A stretch of DNA of 64,000 nt, taken from an uncultured archaeon (GTDB taxonomy: Archaea > Asgardarchaeota > Lokiarchaeia > Sigyniarchaeales > SOKP01). The first letter of the stretch is position 1, and every line of letters begins with the position of its first letter. The notes under the pieces are model-generated. The model worked only from the letters and a program-made list of their open reading frames with translations. It searched no databases and was not told the DNA's origin. The translations under genes were made by a program, and so were the position numbers. The stretch spans positions 67,853-131,852 of the forward strand of contig CAZALK010000016.1 in assembly GCA_964486045.1 (NCBI GenBank), given 5' to 3'. This document shows, one piece after another, positions 61,953 through 64,000 of this stretch.

Positions 61953-62552
61953 TCATTCTGTGACTAAATGTAGTTTTTCTACCATAAGTAAAGCTTCATT
62001 AGTCGTCAGAGTAGGACAGGTTATCATGTATCTCATTCCTTCTATATATGCGGTTAATAAGAGGAAAAAATTCCCCCATTTCTTCCTTGTCTCCATTTCT
62101 CCTCCAGTAAAGGCCTTTTCATTTACTAGAACTGGCCAACTATTGATTTCTACAGCTGTTGTAAAAAACATGCCTGCAGCTATAGATTCCAGTTCGTTAT
62201 ATTTGGGAGGAGAGCTCATTGGAGTTATTTGAATTACTAATTCAGCTGTTTTGTAATCAATATTCCCTTCTGCACTATAGACCACAATTGCTATAAACGG
62301 GCCATCCTTGAGATATATAGCTGTACATTCAAAATTATTTGGTAATTCAGATGGTAAATATATTGATAAATTATATTGTTTCGCCACAATAATTGTCTCA
62401 TTTAAAGAAATATCTCTTGAAGTCCCATAGAAATCTGCTGGTACCCCACCGCTAGAGATTACTAGCTGTGGGCCTAATGTAGAGAACATTATCAATATAA
62501 ATGAGGACAAAGTTACCAATGCTACGATTATGGATTTAACAGCTCTTCTCAT
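61953..62552 (-). CDS. Hypothetical N-anchored extracellular protein
   Basis: Signal/TM, IYLPSELP.. motif, GAGGT upstream. Confidence 0.65.
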   Translation of the reverse strand: MRRAVKSIIVALVTLSSFILIMFSTLGPQLVISSGGVPADFYGTSRDISLNETIIVAKQYNLSIYLPSELPNNFECTAIYLKDGPFIAIVVYSAEGNIDYKTAELVIQITPMSSPPKYNELESIAAGMFFTTAVEINSWPVLVNEKAFTGGEMETRKKWGNFFLLLTAYIEGMRYMITCPTLTTNEALLMVEKLHLVTE

Positions 62553-63063
62553 AACCTCTAACCTTGAAATTTTCCAACAATTTGTAAATCAAAATGTCTA
62601 ATTAATCAAATTATTTAGATTAGAATTATAAATTTACTTTCTTTTTTGTCAGTATATCATTTACAAAGCTAGTATTTAAAAGTTACGCTTGAATTTGAGA
62701 CACAATAGGATATATAAGAGCGCAATAGGACATATAATGAAAATTTTACTTTTCTATTATAGGCAAAAAGAAATGTTTTTCTATAATTGTACTCTCTATC
62801 ATTCGGGTGACGAGTCAAGATATATATGAAGTAACTGGGGCAGATAAAGTTTATATTCATACTTTGCAAACTTCCCCAAGTCATGTAAATATAAAATTAA
62901 ACTTCGACTTACTGAGCATCCTCAGACAATTTCAGATATTGATCAGGTACGATTATATGGAAGATTAGAAAATGGTCAATGGATATCTTTGCATATTAAA
63001 TAGATATTAATAGTAGAATAGTCTAATATTTCTTTAGAAGTGAAATTTAATTCTAGATAATAC

Positions 63064-63343
63064 GAGTATAACTAGATTGAATATACAAAAGGTTTTTAAA
63101 AGTCGGTTGGTTATTTTTTCGATATAACTATTAATTTTAATTCTTACTGTTTATTTATTTGATTTTAGTTATGATTTAAATCTTCTACTTATCCCACAAC
63201 CCTCCAATACTACTGAAGAACAAATAGTTATAATTAAATGGTTAGCAAATTACATAATGTATGAAGATTGGAATGATTTACTTTTTATGTTCACAATTTG
63301 GCTTTTAATTTCAATAATACCTGTTCTTATTTATATTTTATAA
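63064..63343 (+). pseudogene. Copy 2 of the direct repeat; nonsense-mutated 5' end of the same membrane protein family
   Basis: MNIQKVFKSRLVIFSI*LLILILTVYLFDFSYDLNLLLIPQPSNTTEEQIVIIKWLANYIMYEDWNDLLFMFTIWLL...; TAA replaces the CAA seen in copy 1. Confidence 0.75.
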
Positions 63344-63608
63344 TAATTGAATTTAATAATAATTGAAAAAAATAATCGCGAAATAAAGTTATATGTAAAC
63401 CAAAAAGCTTTTTATAAATTAAAAGGGGAATAATTTTCCTTTAATGAACAATTAATGAATTTCAAATTAGTATGTTTGTATTTGAGCTTTGATACTCATT
63501 GGTAGTGGTGGATCTTTTATAACCTCCTTAGAAATAACTATCTTAAGGCAGATTATGGTATTATTGGTCCTGAAGAGATAATTTTAGACTAAGGTTAATT
63601 AATTCTAT

Positions 63609-63824
63609 CTAAGTTTTACGTAATGCCCTCCACAAGTAAATAAAGCTTATCCCTAATAAAAGGTATATAATCCCATTTACAGTAAATTGGATCATATCGG
63701 TTAATACTACATTTAAACCGAAATCATAATAAAAGGTAAACAAGCTTAAGGCAATAAAACCAACACCTAAGAATAATAAAACGTTTCCAATTGATTTTTT
63801 CATATTATTAAAATTATTCGACAA
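63609..63824 (-). CDS. Small 2-TM membrane protein
   Basis: 71-aa ORF, two TM segments, GAGG upstream. Confidence 0.55.
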   Translation of the reverse strand: MSNNFNNMKKSIGNVLLFLGVGFIALSLFTFYYDFGLNVVLTDMIQFTVNGIIYLLLGISFIYLWRALRKT

Positions 63825-64000
63825 TAAAACGCCCTCGTTAAATTTTATTAATTGAGTACATTATATATCCCGAATCAATCCTTTCATATAAATTTGATTA
63901 TATGTCTCAAAGGGGTAAATTTGTCTTAAAAGGTAAATTCAGAGTTGTTTTATTTTTATTATTTTTATTATTATTATTTTTTTTATTTATTATTTTTTTT

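Noticed and set aside
63940-64000. T/TTA-rich terminal tract as a functional repeat
   Set aside because: Low-complexity sequence cut by the window end; cannot be evaluated.

Overview
Low-GC archaeal chromosomal segment, very likely from a Lokiarchaeia (Promethearchaeota, Asgard) genome. The assignment is an inference from four Rab-like small GTPases, a gelsolin-domain protein, a Loki-CTERM-type IPGY-TM-basic sorting tail and a TFIIB paralog. (1) 1-8 kb: a minus-strand L-fucose utilisation cluster with aldehyde:ferredoxin oxidoreductase, class II aldolase, FucI, two GH29 fucosidases and a URO-D/MtaA-family protein running off the window. (2) 8-34 kb: mixed housekeeping and accessory genes, including a sensor kinase, an N-domain-less eRF1/Pelota-like protein, an orphan type III Mod methyltransferase, CspA, an RNase J-like enzyme, gelsolin, GDT1, U32, Pcm and GH57. 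The most striking locus here is a SAM-methyltransferase/HgcA-like corrinoid membrane protein fusion followed by an HgcB-like ferredoxin. (3) 34-45 kb: a divergent TFB with a decayed partial duplicate, a HerA/VirB4-like ATPase, a protein with about six tandem HTH repeats fused to a probable PD-(D/E)XK nuclease, an HExxH membrane protease and two pilin-sized membrane proteins. (4) 45-64 kb: a plastic zone of small GTPases, membrane-anchored proteins, an ABC exporter and many gene fragments. No rRNA, tRNA, CRISPR array, integrase or transposase was recognised. All calls come from motifs read by eye; no database searches were run.
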